Part shown: positions 44,223 through 54,600 of the stretch, piece after piece | Layout of the letters: every line of letters starts with the position of its first letter | Numbering within the stretch: position 1 is the first letter of the stretch | Source of the DNA: an uncultured Verrucomicrobiae bacterium | GTDB taxonomy: Bacteria > Chlamydiota > Chlamydiia > Chlamydiales > Rhabdochlamydiaceae | Length of the DNA: 64,000 bases | NCBI GenBank assembly: GCA_963806855.1 | Contig: CAWDYW010000001.1 | Span: forward strand, 1 to 64,000 | Direction of reading: 5' to 3' | The notes under the pieces: model-generated | What the model was told of the DNA's origin: nothing | The model's input: only the letters and a program-made list of their open reading frames with translations | The model's database searches: none | Made by a program: the position numbers and the translations under genes

Positions 44223-44549
44223 ATGGCATTACCTGTCGATCAAGTAAATAATAACGTTCATGTTAACCCTCCAAATCACGATAACTTACGTGAGAGGGTT
44301 GTACAATTATCTCAAAGAGCCAATGACGTTATGCAAAGAAATGCTGAAGCAAAGGCTAGGCTTAACCGCGCTCAAGGAATAACCGAGACCTTAATACCAT
44401 ACGTTAAGAATATAGCAGCTGCTGCAGGAGGGGTTCTTGGGTTTGCAGTATCTAGGGCACTCGGCTCATCGCCCCTAATGATGTGCATTACCGCTGCAGG
44501 CGGAGCAGTAGTCGGACGTCTTATTGGTCGGCATCTCACAAGGCTTTAA
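44223..44549 (+). CDS. Small coiled-coil protein with bilobed hydrophobic C-terminus (Inc-like)
   Basis: IAAAAGGVLGFAV..LMMCITAAGGAVVG; TTGACT-N16-TATAAT at 44164-44191. Confidence 0.7.
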   Translation: MALPVDQVNNNVHVNPPNHDNLRERVVQLSQRANDVMQRNAEAKARLNRAQGITETLIPYVKNIAAAAGGVLGFAVSRALGSSPLMMCITAAGGAVVGRLIGRHLTRL

Positions 44550-44691
44550 CCGCCATCTGACTGAATCGATCCATATCCTTGAGGAAAAGCTCGATCCTCT
44601 CATTCGTCACTTTGGAATCGGTGCGCCCATTAACAAGGATAGCGAAGGGGAAACACGTACACTGATTATTTGGGCAAGTCGGGGGATAATT

Positions 44692-45639
44692 CTAAAAATG
44701 TTCTTGCCTTCTCTTTTTATAATATAAGGCTGCAACATTGCGATTTGCCATATTAACAATTTTAATATCTTTTCCAGCAACCTGTTGCTTTAGATGTTCC
44801 TCAATTGATTCAGCGCGGTTGCTATTAAAAATACCTCCCCATAAATGAATTGTACCTGCATTCAAACCAGTTCTCTCGATCGATCTTGTGAATAGCTTGG
44901 TAATATTTTTGATCGTTTTTTGCACAATAGATTCGGCTTTCCGATCTTGCTTGGCGTATTCGAAAACAATAGGGGCTAATGCAGCGATTTTAGCGGGGGT
45001 AATTTCTCCATTGTACAAACCTGGAATGATGTCTTTCAACTTTTCTACTCCAAAATGGCTTCGGAGAGCAGGCGTGAGCTTTGTCGCGTCACCTTTCTCT
45101 ATTTCTTCCTGAAGTCCTGCTTCAATAGCCATTAAACCGACATGAAAGCCACACCCTTTATCATAATACCTTCCGTATCCGCCGATGCGAGTTGGCTCTT
45201 CAGCTTTCCTTCCTAAACAAATGGAGCCAGTACCTGCGATTAATATGGATCCATCTCCATCGATTAAATTAAGCGACATATTTGCGTCTGCCTGCAAAGT
45301 CAAACTTTCTTTAGAGAATCCAAAATCGCTTAGAATCATCGCCATTTTATCAATATTTACAGCATTTCCCAGCCCAGCCATTCCAGCAACAATCGAGCAA
45401 CTTTTTGCTAACTCTAAAAGAGATTTACCCTTGATCCGAGTATTTTGGAACAGATCCTTGAATAACTCTTTAGCCTTTTGCTCACCAATAAGATTGATAT
45501 TGCATCCAGCAACTTTAGCTGTATCGACTTCCTGATTTCTAAATTCGATTGGAACGAGATTTCCTGAGTCATCATAAACTTCGAGAAGGGTTTTCGTGCC
45601 CCCAGAATCAATGCATAATGTATAAGAGCAAGCTTGCAT
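44692..45639 (-). CDS. BadF/BadG/BcrA/BcrD family (GlcNAc kinase-like)
   Basis: IDSGGTKT, AGMAG, LIAGTGSI, RIGGYG and IAALAP. Confidence 0.85.
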   Translation of the reverse strand: MQACSYTLCIDSGGTKTLLEVYDDSGNLVPIEFRNQEVDTAKVAGCNINLIGEQKAKELFKDLFQNTRIKGKSLLELAKSCSIVAGMAGLGNAVNIDKMAMILSDFGFSKESLTLQADANMSLNLIDGDGSILIAGTGSICLGRKAEEPTRIGGYGRYYDKGCGFHVGLMAIEAGLQEEIEKGDATKLTPALRSHFGVEKLKDIIPGLYNGEITPAKIAALAPIVFEYAKQDRKAESIVQKTIKNITKLFTRSIERTGLNAGTIHLWGGIFNSNRAESIEEHLKQQVAGKDIKIVNMANRNVAALYYKKRRQEHF

Positions 45640-45826
45640 GTTTGTCCTCCAAAAAAAAGGAGAGTCTAGATCGAGAAGAAATTCTTCTCAAGCAAAACAA
45701 ATTAGGGGAACCATCCGAAACAAATTTTCTCATTCGACAACCTTGAAACAAATCTATTGATTTAATAGACAAAATATCACAAATTCAGTTTTAATTTATT
45801 CAAACAAATAATATTACGAGGTTTTT

Positions 45827-46726
45827 ATGAATATAGCAAGATCTTTAGCTGCACAGTCATGTGGTGTTTATATAGGGGCAGATGGAATCCATGATTTGGT
45901 TTTTCGAGACGATCGACGAAATGCGAGGGTTAAAATGATAGTCGGATTTGGGATAACTTTTGTTGCTAGTGTGCTTGACCCCGCATCCTTATCTCTTGTG
46001 AATCAATTTTATCTTCCTACATCACTTCTTGCAGCACCCGCACTTCTGTCACTGGGAATTGCACAAATATCTGATGGAGTGAACGCTCGGCAAAATGGGC
46101 AAAGCGGGAAAGTGGCTTTTTGTACTGGAACTATTATTATCGCTTTTGCCGTTTATTGCTTTTACAAGGGCTATGGAAATCTTCCGGTAGATAGTCTGGA
46201 GAGATCGCCAGATCAAAAAGCATGTATAGATACTCTTAATGATGGTTTTGGGGCTCTTCCACCTAATGTTCTAAATGGATCTATTGGTAAGGTTTATAAG
46301 CATTCTGATTCTTGTTCTATTAAATGCAATAATTGGTTCCACGAGAGTAATGTAGAGTGGCATCACTCTTATAAACCACTTGATAAAATGAGCATTGGTG
46401 TTCGTAGCCCTAATTATTTTCGCATTTATGACGAAGAATATAATTGTAATTCTACAATATTGGGCAAGGCAATAGAAGTTTGTAAAAGAGTTTTAGCACA
46501 AGGCTTTGGAGGTATCCCGCCACTAAATTTAAGTCTATTTAAGAAAATATCCACAAGTATTAAACCAGAAAAAAATTATGCTTTATGTGAAATTCTTTTA
46601 AGTAAAGAGGCCGCGAAATTATTTAATGCGACTTCCTCTGGACCTCGCTGGTCGCATAGTTTTAACATTAAACTGGCAGATGACTGTTTGTTAGATGCGG
46701 ACCTGTATAGCTTTCGTTTTGATTGA
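45827..46726 (+). CDS. Hypothetical membrane protein
   Basis: GAGG RBS; 2-3 N-terminal hydrophobic segments and a Cys-containing C-domain. Confidence 0.65.
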   Translation: MNIARSLAAQSCGVYIGADGIHDLVFRDDRRNARVKMIVGFGITFVASVLDPASLSLVNQFYLPTSLLAAPALLSLGIAQISDGVNARQNGQSGKVAFCTGTIIIAFAVYCFYKGYGNLPVDSLERSPDQKACIDTLNDGFGALPPNVLNGSIGKVYKHSDSCSIKCNNWFHESNVEWHHSYKPLDKMSIGVRSPNYFRIYDEEYNCNSTILGKAIEVCKRVLAQGFGGIPPLNLSLFKKISTSIKPEKNYALCEILLSKEAAKLFNATSSGPRWSHSFNIKLADDCLLDADLYSFRFD

Positions 46727-46759
46727 AAGGGAATCCTGAAGATCCAATACTTTAAAGCA

Positions 46760-46788
46760 TTGACATCAAGTATTTTTTGAAATAGTAT
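46760..46788 (+). promoter_or_regulatory. Sigma70/66-type promoter
   Basis: TTGACA-N17-TAGTAT upstream of ATG 46816. Confidence 0.6.
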
Positions 46789-46815
46789 TATGCCCCTTTT
46801 TTGATAAAGGGGCTT

Positions 46816-49020
46816 ATGTCATCAGTTTCAGGATTTTTTAAAAGTCAGCCTTCTGATCCTGTCGATGTAGCCAAACTGCTAAGAGAAATCGAAGACATTG
46901 AAACAAAAACAAAATCTGTCATAGCAATGACCGACTCGGGTAACGTTCAGCAAACGCGGAAAGCTTTTGCATTCGCTAAAGAGGGCGCCTTTCTGCTCGG
47001 CGCAAAATTTTTTCAACTCGCCAAATTTTATTCTTCTTCTGAAGATCAAAGGGCGAGCGCTAAACATTATTGGAAAAGCGGACTAAAGTGGTTGAAAGAC
47101 TTTAGCCAGTATCCAACTGATCGGAAGGATCTAAATTTTAGTAACTGGCTTGAGATCTCCACTTTTTATTTTCAGCGCATAGAATTAAATTGGGACCCTG
47201 AAAAAAAAGGGAAACTGCTTAAAAAGGCCCTGAAAGCGATTGACCAGGCCCTTGCTATAGATCCCAACTCTTCGATAGCAATAAATCGTAAATTTCTGTT
47301 CCTTCAAATGTTGGACGAATCGGGAGAAGTACCGCCTGAAGAACCAACCCCATGGTTAAAGCGGTATTTAGATCTTCATCCAGATCCTAATTCAGAAGAT
47401 TATTTACGCTATGCACATCTCTATGGTGGGGAATTAGCAAAAAAAGGGAACGTAGATCAGGCAACTTCGTGGTTTAAATTCCTCCTTGCGAAGAAGCCTC
47501 ATCCAATTACCTACTTGTGTCTTGGAAGAGTACAGAATCAAATGAAAAGAACGGACCTTGCTTTGGGTTCTATTCAGGAGGCTCTCCGGCTCGCCCCTGA
47601 AAATTTGGAAATAAAATTATGGCTCATCTCTGTAAAAGTTCAGGATCGAATTAACACATTCCGTCAGATGAACCGTCATCCTGCGCAGGGAGAGATTGAA
47701 GACTGTGTCGCAACATGTAATGAGTTTTGTACATTATTTGCTCAACATGGGGGTCAGTTTGCAGGGACCACTTCGACATTCGGTTCAATGCAAGCCCTAG
47801 CCAGAGACATTTACATGACTCAGCTTCCGGAAATGGCAAATATTTTAAGTCACCTTCAGCAATATGACTTTGCGCTCTCGCTTTATGAGCAAATCTTAAA
47901 TATCTCTCCGCTCTATTTACGTTTAAACCTTTTCAATCCCTCTGAAATCGTAAAACTCCATTCGACTATAGGCGGATTGTGTTTAAAATTGGAAAAATAT
48001 GTAGATGCAGAATACCATTTATTAAAAGCAATTCAGCTAGATAAAACCTATCTTGTCGCATATGAAAATCTAATCGCAGTTTACTCATCTCAAAAAGATA
48101 AGCCCTTGTTGGACGGTTTGTGGATTCTAGTAGAGCCCCTAATAGCCAATACTGATCAAACTGAATTGGCATCTAGCATCCTGTTCAACTTCGGTACCGC
48201 ATACACAGTGTTAGCTAAAGAAGCTTCAGATCCCCAATTAGAAACCGGTAAAGAATTTTACAGACGCGCCCTCGAATGCGACCCGGATAACCTCGGCGCC
48301 AAAATTATGCTGGCCAGAGTACTGGTCATTTCGGGTGAGCGGCGAGATTGGGAGCAAGCTAAAGACTTATTAACTCAAAAAAGGGACACAAGTCATCCTT
48401 TTGAAGAGGCTCCATTTAAACTCTTTCAGCGCCATTACTGCCTTGCGGGTATTCTTGCCCTACTCAATGAAATTCCCGAGGCAAAAAAAGCGGCAATCGA
48501 AGCAGGCAAAACCCGTGTTGATCCTGCGCAGGTTCATCTCTTACAAAGCTATCTAGAAAACCATAATAAAGTAGAATATGCAACTTTTTGTGCTCAAATA
48601 ATTGAATCGATAAGAAAAGTTGAAATAGGTTGTCGAATAGGTAAATTTATTAATCCTGAAGCGATCCCAATCGAAGCAGGCAATTTTATTGGGTATCATG
48701 GGACAACCGATAGCTTTGCGGCTGAAATCCAAAAAAAGATAGTCCCCTGCGGAGCAAAAAATCGTCAATTTGATGGGAAAGGATTCTATATCGCTGAGAA
48801 TAAAGATATCGCCCGTTACTTCGCAATCCGGAAAGCCCGTGAAGAACAACAGGGGCGCCCTGTCCTCCTCAAAGTCTATTCTACAGCCAAACTTGTAGGT
48901 CAAGTAGTGGACCCATTCTTCAAAGTGAAAAAGGGCGTATCAACACAATACGATTTTATCAAATCCCAGATTAATGGTTATGAAGCCTTCCATCAACACT
49001 ATGTTTTTGAAATAGTTTAG
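46816..49020 (+). CDS. TPR-repeat protein with C-terminal ADP-ribosyltransferase-like domain
   Basis: TPR patterns (ALAIDPN, ALRLAPEN, AIQLD, ALECDPDN); C-terminal GYHGT..GKGFYIA..A..FA. Confidence 0.7.
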   Translation: MSSVSGFFKSQPSDPVDVAKLLREIEDIETKTKSVIAMTDSGNVQQTRKAFAFAKEGAFLLGAKFFQLAKFYSSSEDQRASAKHYWKSGLKWLKDFSQYPTDRKDLNFSNWLEISTFYFQRIELNWDPEKKGKLLKKALKAIDQALAIDPNSSIAINRKFLFLQMLDESGEVPPEEPTPWLKRYLDLHPDPNSEDYLRYAHLYGGELAKKGNVDQATSWFKFLLAKKPHPITYLCLGRVQNQMKRTDLALGSIQEALRLAPENLEIKLWLISVKVQDRINTFRQMNRHPAQGEIEDCVATCNEFCTLFAQHGGQFAGTTSTFGSMQALARDIYMTQLPEMANILSHLQQYDFALSLYEQILNISPLYLRLNLFNPSEIVKLHSTIGGLCLKLEKYVDAEYHLLKAIQLDKTYLVAYENLIAVYSSQKDKPLLDGLWILVEPLIANTDQTELASSILFNFGTAYTVLAKEASDPQLETGKEFYRRALECDPDNLGAKIMLARVLVISGERRDWEQAKDLLTQKRDTSHPFEEAPFKLFQRHYCLAGILALLNEIPEAKKAAIEAGKTRVDPAQVHLLQSYLENHNKVEYATFCAQIIESIRKVEIGCRIGKFINPEAIPIEAGNFIGYHGTTDSFAAEIQKKIVPCGAKNRQFDGKGFYIAENKDIARYFAIRKAREEQQGRPVLLKVYSTAKLVGQVVDPFFKVKKGVSTQYDFIKSQINGYEAFHQHYVFEIV

Positions 49021-49066
49021 ATAAATTGTCCGCCTAAGAGGAGCAAGAACCAGTAACCTGGTCAGA

Positions 49067-49687
49067 TCAAGAATTTGATGCCTTTCTTAAAACTTGGACC
49101 CGTTCAGGCTGTTGATTCATTAATCCCTGAACTAATACTTCAACCAAGAAACCAATATATGCTTTCTCAGCTAACGGAGTTCCAATAAATACATTGGGAT
49201 CCATTGCTGCAGAACTCGCTATCGATGCAATCATAGTCAAAATGAACTCAGGCTTATGCTTTTTATCAATAGCACCCTTTTTCTGATAATACTCAAAAAC
49301 ATGTATCCACTCTTTAGCAGCCTCAGACTCGGTCAAGCCAGTTTGAGCCTTTTGATCACGCTCCACTCTCTGCCAATGAATCAATTTAGCGATATCGGGA
49401 TTTTCTCTGTAAAATGAGATACTTCTCCCTATCAATTCTGCTAAAAAATCGGCCCACGATAAAGTTGTACTTGGCAAGATATTCGCCTGCTTATTGGCCT
49501 TCTTAACAATACTATCCTTAACTGCAACCCACAACCCCTCTTTATTCACAAAATGGTGATAAAGCAGACTGTGATTGACCGAAGCAAGCTTAGCAATTTT
49601 CCCCATCGAGGTGCCAGCAAAACCATTTTCTACAAAGAGTTGCCTTGCAGCTTCTAAGATTCTTAATTTAGTGCTGTCTTCATTCAT
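49067..49687 (-). CDS. TetR family regulator
   Basis: ILEAARQLFVENGFAGTSMGKIAKLA..LYHHF.NKEGL. Confidence 0.93.
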   Translation of the reverse strand: MNEDSTKLRILEAARQLFVENGFAGTSMGKIAKLASVNHSLLYHHFVNKEGLWVAVKDSIVKKANKQANILPSTTLSWADFLAELIGRSISFYRENPDIAKLIHWQRVERDQKAQTGLTESEAAKEWIHVFEYYQKKGAIDKKHKPEFILTMIASIASSAAMDPNVFIGTPLAEKAYIGFLVEVLVQGLMNQQPERVQVLRKASNS

Positions 49688-50067
49688 TTTATGTTGATTT
49701 CCTCAATATTAAGAGAACCCCCTTCCAATGCCATTAGTTCCTCATCAGTCAGCGAAGTCTCAACAAATTCAATTGGGAAACCCTCTTCAGTAATAATCAT
49801 AGCCACACGAAATCCCTTAATTGGAAAATAGGGGCCAAAAACCACATTTTTCCCTTGTATTTCAGCATCAAGATCATCGACTCGAAATGCAATGTGCGGC
49901 ACAGTTTTTACGATCTCAGGAAGTTCACAATCCTTATCAAAACGGTGCCATTGTATCCTATATTCACCGGCTCCAAATGGTGTCGCTGTGAACTTAAGAT
50001 TTTCATAATATACCTCCCCCTCCTTAACCTCTTGAGTGGGGATCCCCATATGATGGTAATGCCTCAT
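49684..50067 (-). CDS. VOC/glyoxalase-like protein
   Basis: YHHMGIPT, PHIAFRVDDLD and PIEFVE. Confidence 0.8.
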   Translation of the reverse strand: MRHYHHMGIPTQEVKEGEVYYENLKFTATPFGAGEYRIQWHRFDKDCELPEIVKTVPHIAFRVDDLDAEIQGKNVVFGPYFPIKGFRVAMIITEEGFPIEFVETSLTDEELMALEGGSLNIEEINIK

Positions 50068-50105
50068 AGTGGCCCTCCTTATCTTTATATAAGGCTATTA
50101 TAGCA

Positions 50106-50125
50106 TTAACTGACCAATCAGTCAA
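50106..50125. promoter_or_regulatory. Putative TetR operator
   Basis: TTAACTGACCAATCAGTCAA imperfect palindrome upstream of the VOC-tetR operon. Confidence 0.55.
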
Positions 50126-50335
50126 CCCCCCCCACCCCCTTAAATTTGTTGCCAAACTGACGCTGCAAAATCCGATTCTTCAGCTTGTTTCGGAATGTTT
50201 TTAGGGCACCTTCCGCTGTTGAATTGGACCCATTCAGGCCGTTGATTTGCAAGCAACTAAAAATTAGCGCATTAAGGAATTATTGCTCCAAATATCATGA
50301 TATGGTACCATAATGGTATTAGTCAGAGGTATCAT

Positions 50336-50593
50336 ATGTCAGCATCCAATTTTAATTTAAGAGGTATCCCCTCCGAAGTCATGACCCTCTTAAAAAAGGA
50401 GGCAAAAAGATTGCATATCAGCGTCAATACATTAGTGTTAAAAATAATCGAAAGTGGATTGGGACTCACATATGAAAAGCCTATTCACCATGACTTAGAT
50501 CATTTAGCCGGCTCATGGTCAGCAAAAGAAGCAGAAGAATTTACAGAAAACACCCTGTTTTTCGAGCAAATCGACAAGGAGCTGTGGAAATGA
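50336..50593 (+). CDS. Ribbon-helix-helix antitoxin (VapB-like)
   Basis: NLRGIPSEV..LKKEA..SVN; overlaps the toxin start; overlapping palindromes 50292-50318 upstream. Confidence 0.8.
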   Translation: MSASNFNLRGIPSEVMTLLKKEAKRLHISVNTLVLKIIESGLGLTYEKPIHHDLDHLAGSWSAKEAEEFTENTLFFEQIDKELWK

Positions 50594-51000
50594 GGCCCAT
50601 ATTAATTGATACAAACGCTTATGCAGCATTTAAGAGAGGGGAATCTTCAGTTATAGAAGTCATTCAATATGCTGATACTCTTGCCATCAGCCCAGTTGTA
50701 TTAGGTGAGCTATTAGGTGGTTTCGATTTTGGTAATAAAGCAAAAAAAAACCGCACAGAACTGCAGCACTTTCTCCAATCTTCCAGAATCAGGCTATTCC
50801 CGATTACTTCAGATACAGCAAATTATTACAGCCAGATCTATTTATCTTTAAAAAACAAAGGAAAGCCAATCCCAACTAATGATATGTGGATTGCGGCCCA
50901 ATCGCTCGAAAATGGATGTGTTCTCTGCTCTTTCGATCAACATTTTAAAGTTATTGAAGGATTAATTTCTGGAACGACCATTTCTGAATTGATCCTCTAA
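50590..51000 (+). CDS. vapC: PIN domain toxin
   Basis: ILIDTNAY, VVLGEL, IPTNDMWIAA and FDQHF. Confidence 0.92.
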   Translation: MRPILIDTNAYAAFKRGESSVIEVIQYADTLAISPVVLGELLGGFDFGNKAKKNRTELQHFLQSSRIRLFPITSDTANYYSQIYLSLKNKGKPIPTNDMWIAAQSLENGCVLCSFDQHFKVIEGLISGTTISELIL

Positions 51001-51581
51001 GAAAAATAGGCCCCTAACCCTTCTTGGGTCGGCTTCATTGCTCTTTCGCCCTTTTTCCAGTTAGCGGGGCAGACCTCTCCATGTTGTTCATGGAATCTGA
51101 GAGCCTCGAGCACACGAATCACCTCAGCAACGCTGCGGCCGATCGGCAAATCGTTGACGAGCTGATGCCGAATCACCCCTTCCTTATCGATGACGAAGAG
51201 CCCGCGGAAGGCGATCCCGGCCTGTTCATCAAGGACATGATAAGCCCGGGCTACTTCTTTATTTATGTCGGCAATGAGCGGATAGGTGACGCCGGCGATC
51301 CCACCGCGATTAGATGGGGTATTGAGCCAGGCGAGATGGCAGTAAGGGCTATCAATGGAGCACCCAATCACTTGCGCATCGAGCTGCTCAAAATGTTCTA
51401 AAGCCTCTTGAAAGGCGTGCAGTTCAGTCGGGCAGACAAAGGTAAAATCGAGAGGATAGAAAAAAAGGACAATGTATTTACCCTGAAAACGATCTAAAGA
51501 AAAATCAGAAACAATCTGACCATCGCAAATAGCAGATTCTTTAAAAACGGGGGCTTTTTTGCCAATCAATAAATTACTCAT
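50997..51581 (-). CDS. ahpC: 2-Cys peroxiredoxin
   Basis: FYPLDFTFVCPTE and GEVCPANW; GGAGG RBS before ATG 51581. Confidence 0.95.
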   Translation of the reverse strand: MSNLLIGKKAPVFKESAICDGQIVSDFSLDRFQGKYIVLFFYPLDFTFVCPTELHAFQEALEHFEQLDAQVIGCSIDSPYCHLAWLNTPSNRGGIAGVTYPLIADINKEVARAYHVLDEQAGIAFRGLFVIDKEGVIRHQLVNDLPIGRSVAEVIRVLEALRFHEQHGEVCPANWKKGERAMKPTQEGLGAYFS

Positions 51582-51697
51582 AAACATCCTCCAAAAGGAC
51601 ACATTATATACAAATTTAATTTTTTTGTCCCCATGAATTTTAATTATTGCATTAAATAATATTTTCAATATAATTTTCACATTAAAATGGAGATTTT

Positions 51698-54600
51698 ATG
51701 TCGACGATAAGCGCTTCTGAATTAATCCAACGGCTCGATCAATACAAAGATGCACCTAGGACCGACCTTAAAGGAACACTCGCCTTTAAAGAGAGTAAAA
51801 GAGCTCTAAAAGCGATGGCGAAAAAAGAGGAGGAACTTTCAGAAACGGAGAGGGACTCGATTTTAAAGATTCTTCAAGGGAAAGGGTTTTTCAAGAATAC
51901 GCAGGGCTATTGTTCGACCGAGGTTCTCTTTACCTATCCGAAGTTTTGGAAAATTCTCCATCATCCTCTCGATTTTCCTGAAGAATCAAAAGCACTCGCC
52001 TCGTTGCCCTCTTATTTGTTTCGAGATTTTATCACCTTTGTAATGCCAGGGCGTCCCCCAAGTTGTAGTATACATGAGCTGATCGCGCTCACTCAAACAG
52101 CTACTCTTCTAGATATCCCAAGCTTTGAAAAAATCTTTAAGACTGCGCTGACAGATAATGCTGCATTAACAAATGGCTCTTTGAGCGTCGATTCTTTTTA
52201 TTTTCTCTCAACACTTTTACCTGCAGGGAAAGTGAATGCTCCGTCTGAATTAAAAGAATTATTGCCAGAACATCCAGAGAGGGGAGAGATTGCAAAAGAG
52301 TATGCTCTCTTTAAAAGAATGATCGATGGCTCATTTGCAGAAGAAAAGGGAAATCTAGATCCTGAACAGCTCTACCGTTTCTTTTTATTTCTTGGTCAAT
52401 CCTATCATTCAATGCCCCTTGGCCAAGAGGTATTTGATCTCCTCCTTACTCAATTGATCAGTGGAAAGCTCGACGTCAAATATGCTCAAGGGCTGATCTC
52501 TATCGGGCAGAATTCGGGAGCTTTACATGAGCGTTTGAAACGTGACAAACTCACTTTCGTTTTAGACAAGAGCGGAGAAACCTCAGTTTCTCTTTGGCCG
52601 CTGTTTATGAAGAGCGACTTTGTCCATCGTTTTTTGAGATCTGGGATGAAAGAAGAAAGGAAAATTAAGTTAGAAGGCAACAAAGCTAACGTCTTCTTCC
52701 TATTCTATGATCTATGGATAAAGGGCAAAGGGGTCGATCTCGATGCCCTTTCTGTCGACCAGTTGATCGGTCTATTGGAATGCATCGCTTTTTTCCAGCC
52801 AAAAGATTTTGCCGAGACCAAATCAAATATTGTCAATGCGCTTCTCAATAATAGCGATGATTCTGCTGAAAGCATTGCGGCTCTTGCCGAATTGGACAGT
52901 GTGATCCCGTGTAGAGAACTGGTAGGGCGTATCGTCTCCTGGTTAATAAATTTGCCGTTTCTTTCAATTGAGGGCAATCAGATTACTGTGGACCTACGAA
53001 ATCTCCCTTCTTTTACAGATCTGATGGGGGAATTAGAGTTTTAAAGGCCTTTAAAGAACGCTTTTCTTTAAAAGGCGTTCTAGCTGATAAAGATTTTCAC
53101 TTGCAACTGCTCTGCGCTCTCTATGTCGGCAATGAGCTCGGATTTCAGGGGAAAGAGGTGTTTGAACAACTAGCACCCAATGTGCCCATTTTTGAAGAAG
53201 CGAGTCTTGGAGTCCCCGTGATGTTGTTTATATTTTAAGAGAATTGGGCGACCCATTATTTACCCATATTCAGAAGCGGGTCTGAATCCCGTTATTATTG
53301 CTCCCATTTCTGGCGGAAAGTTTACGATCTGATAAAAGACCAAACAATAATCTCCCTTAGAGAAGAAGCGGCAGCATTCGCAGCGTTGGTTGAAAATCCA
53401 CGTGGACTTTCTGCACAACAATTGCCCAGTTTTCTTCATTATGTCATGCGGAATGAGGCGGATGTACAAACTCTCAGTGAAGCAATCGGAAAGATGATTG
53501 TAGAAAAACAGATCGATTTTGATCAGCTTAAAAATAGTGTGGAAGATTGTCTGCAATTTTTCCCAGAGAAAGCTGAATGGTTAAATCGGTTGAGAATACC
53601 AGTTCAAGTCGGGAAGGAACTATACCCCGACTCGCCCAAAAGTGTGAATTTGGACCCACGCGAAAGCTCTCGCGGTTCAGCTGTTTTTCCGAGGGTAGTA
53701 TCGAATATATACAACCCTCGGAAAACAGTTGAACCCGAGGCTTTGGCGCGGTCCACATTAACACTTTTGGGCGAGTCGGGGTATAATTCTGTAATGATCC
53801 TGCTTCCTTTATTCGTCAAGTTACAACAGGGTCGCGAAATTTGCTCTGAAGGCAAAATGGTCAGCATCTATCCGAGCAGAGCTTTGCAATGGGCTGTCGA
53901 TTTTATAGAAACTAGCCTTATTAAAAAAGTCTTTACCTCCCATGGAAGTGAAAGATCTTACTCCGGGCCATTTCCAAGCATTGACAATGTTGCAAAAAGA
54001 TGTTTTTCGTTCTACCGAATACCCGTTCCCAAATCAGACCAAAGAGATCTGTCATTTAGTCGATGCATTTCCGAAAGAAACATTGCCTGCTGCCGCTGCC
54101 TGGGCAGCTCCAAATGAATGCCGCAGATTTCTTGATGGATGTTTAGAATCGTATTGTGGCAGTGAATCTCTGAAATCTAGGTATGTCTGCACAAGCCTTC
54201 TGCTTACATCACTGGGTGAAAAGCCTCTGAAAATGTTAGAAGCAATTGGGCAAGAAGTTAGGTCCTTAATTATTATCGGTTTTGAACCACATGCCGATGT
54301 CGTTGAAAATCCTTGGGAAAAAATTGTCAATTCCTGTCCAAAACTAGTTGCTCTAGCACTTTATCTAGAGGGAGTTCCAAAACTGGAAACTTTTCCTTTC
54401 GACCGCTTAAGCAACCTCACGAGTCTCTTGATTGATCTTCAAGATGTCACATCCTGGAATCCCTTATGCCAGTTGAAGATCCCACCATCTTTAGAATCAT
54501 TTAAGCTTTCTGGAGAGATCGAAAGTATTATAGAGGCCAATGCATATGAGCTTTTCAGAAATTTGCCTGCTAAAGGTGTCATTCTCGATCTCGATTTTGA

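Noticed and set aside
46725..46754. Possible third putA 3'-end copy (CCAATACTTTAA, PIL*)
   Set aside because: Too short and degenerate to distinguish from chance
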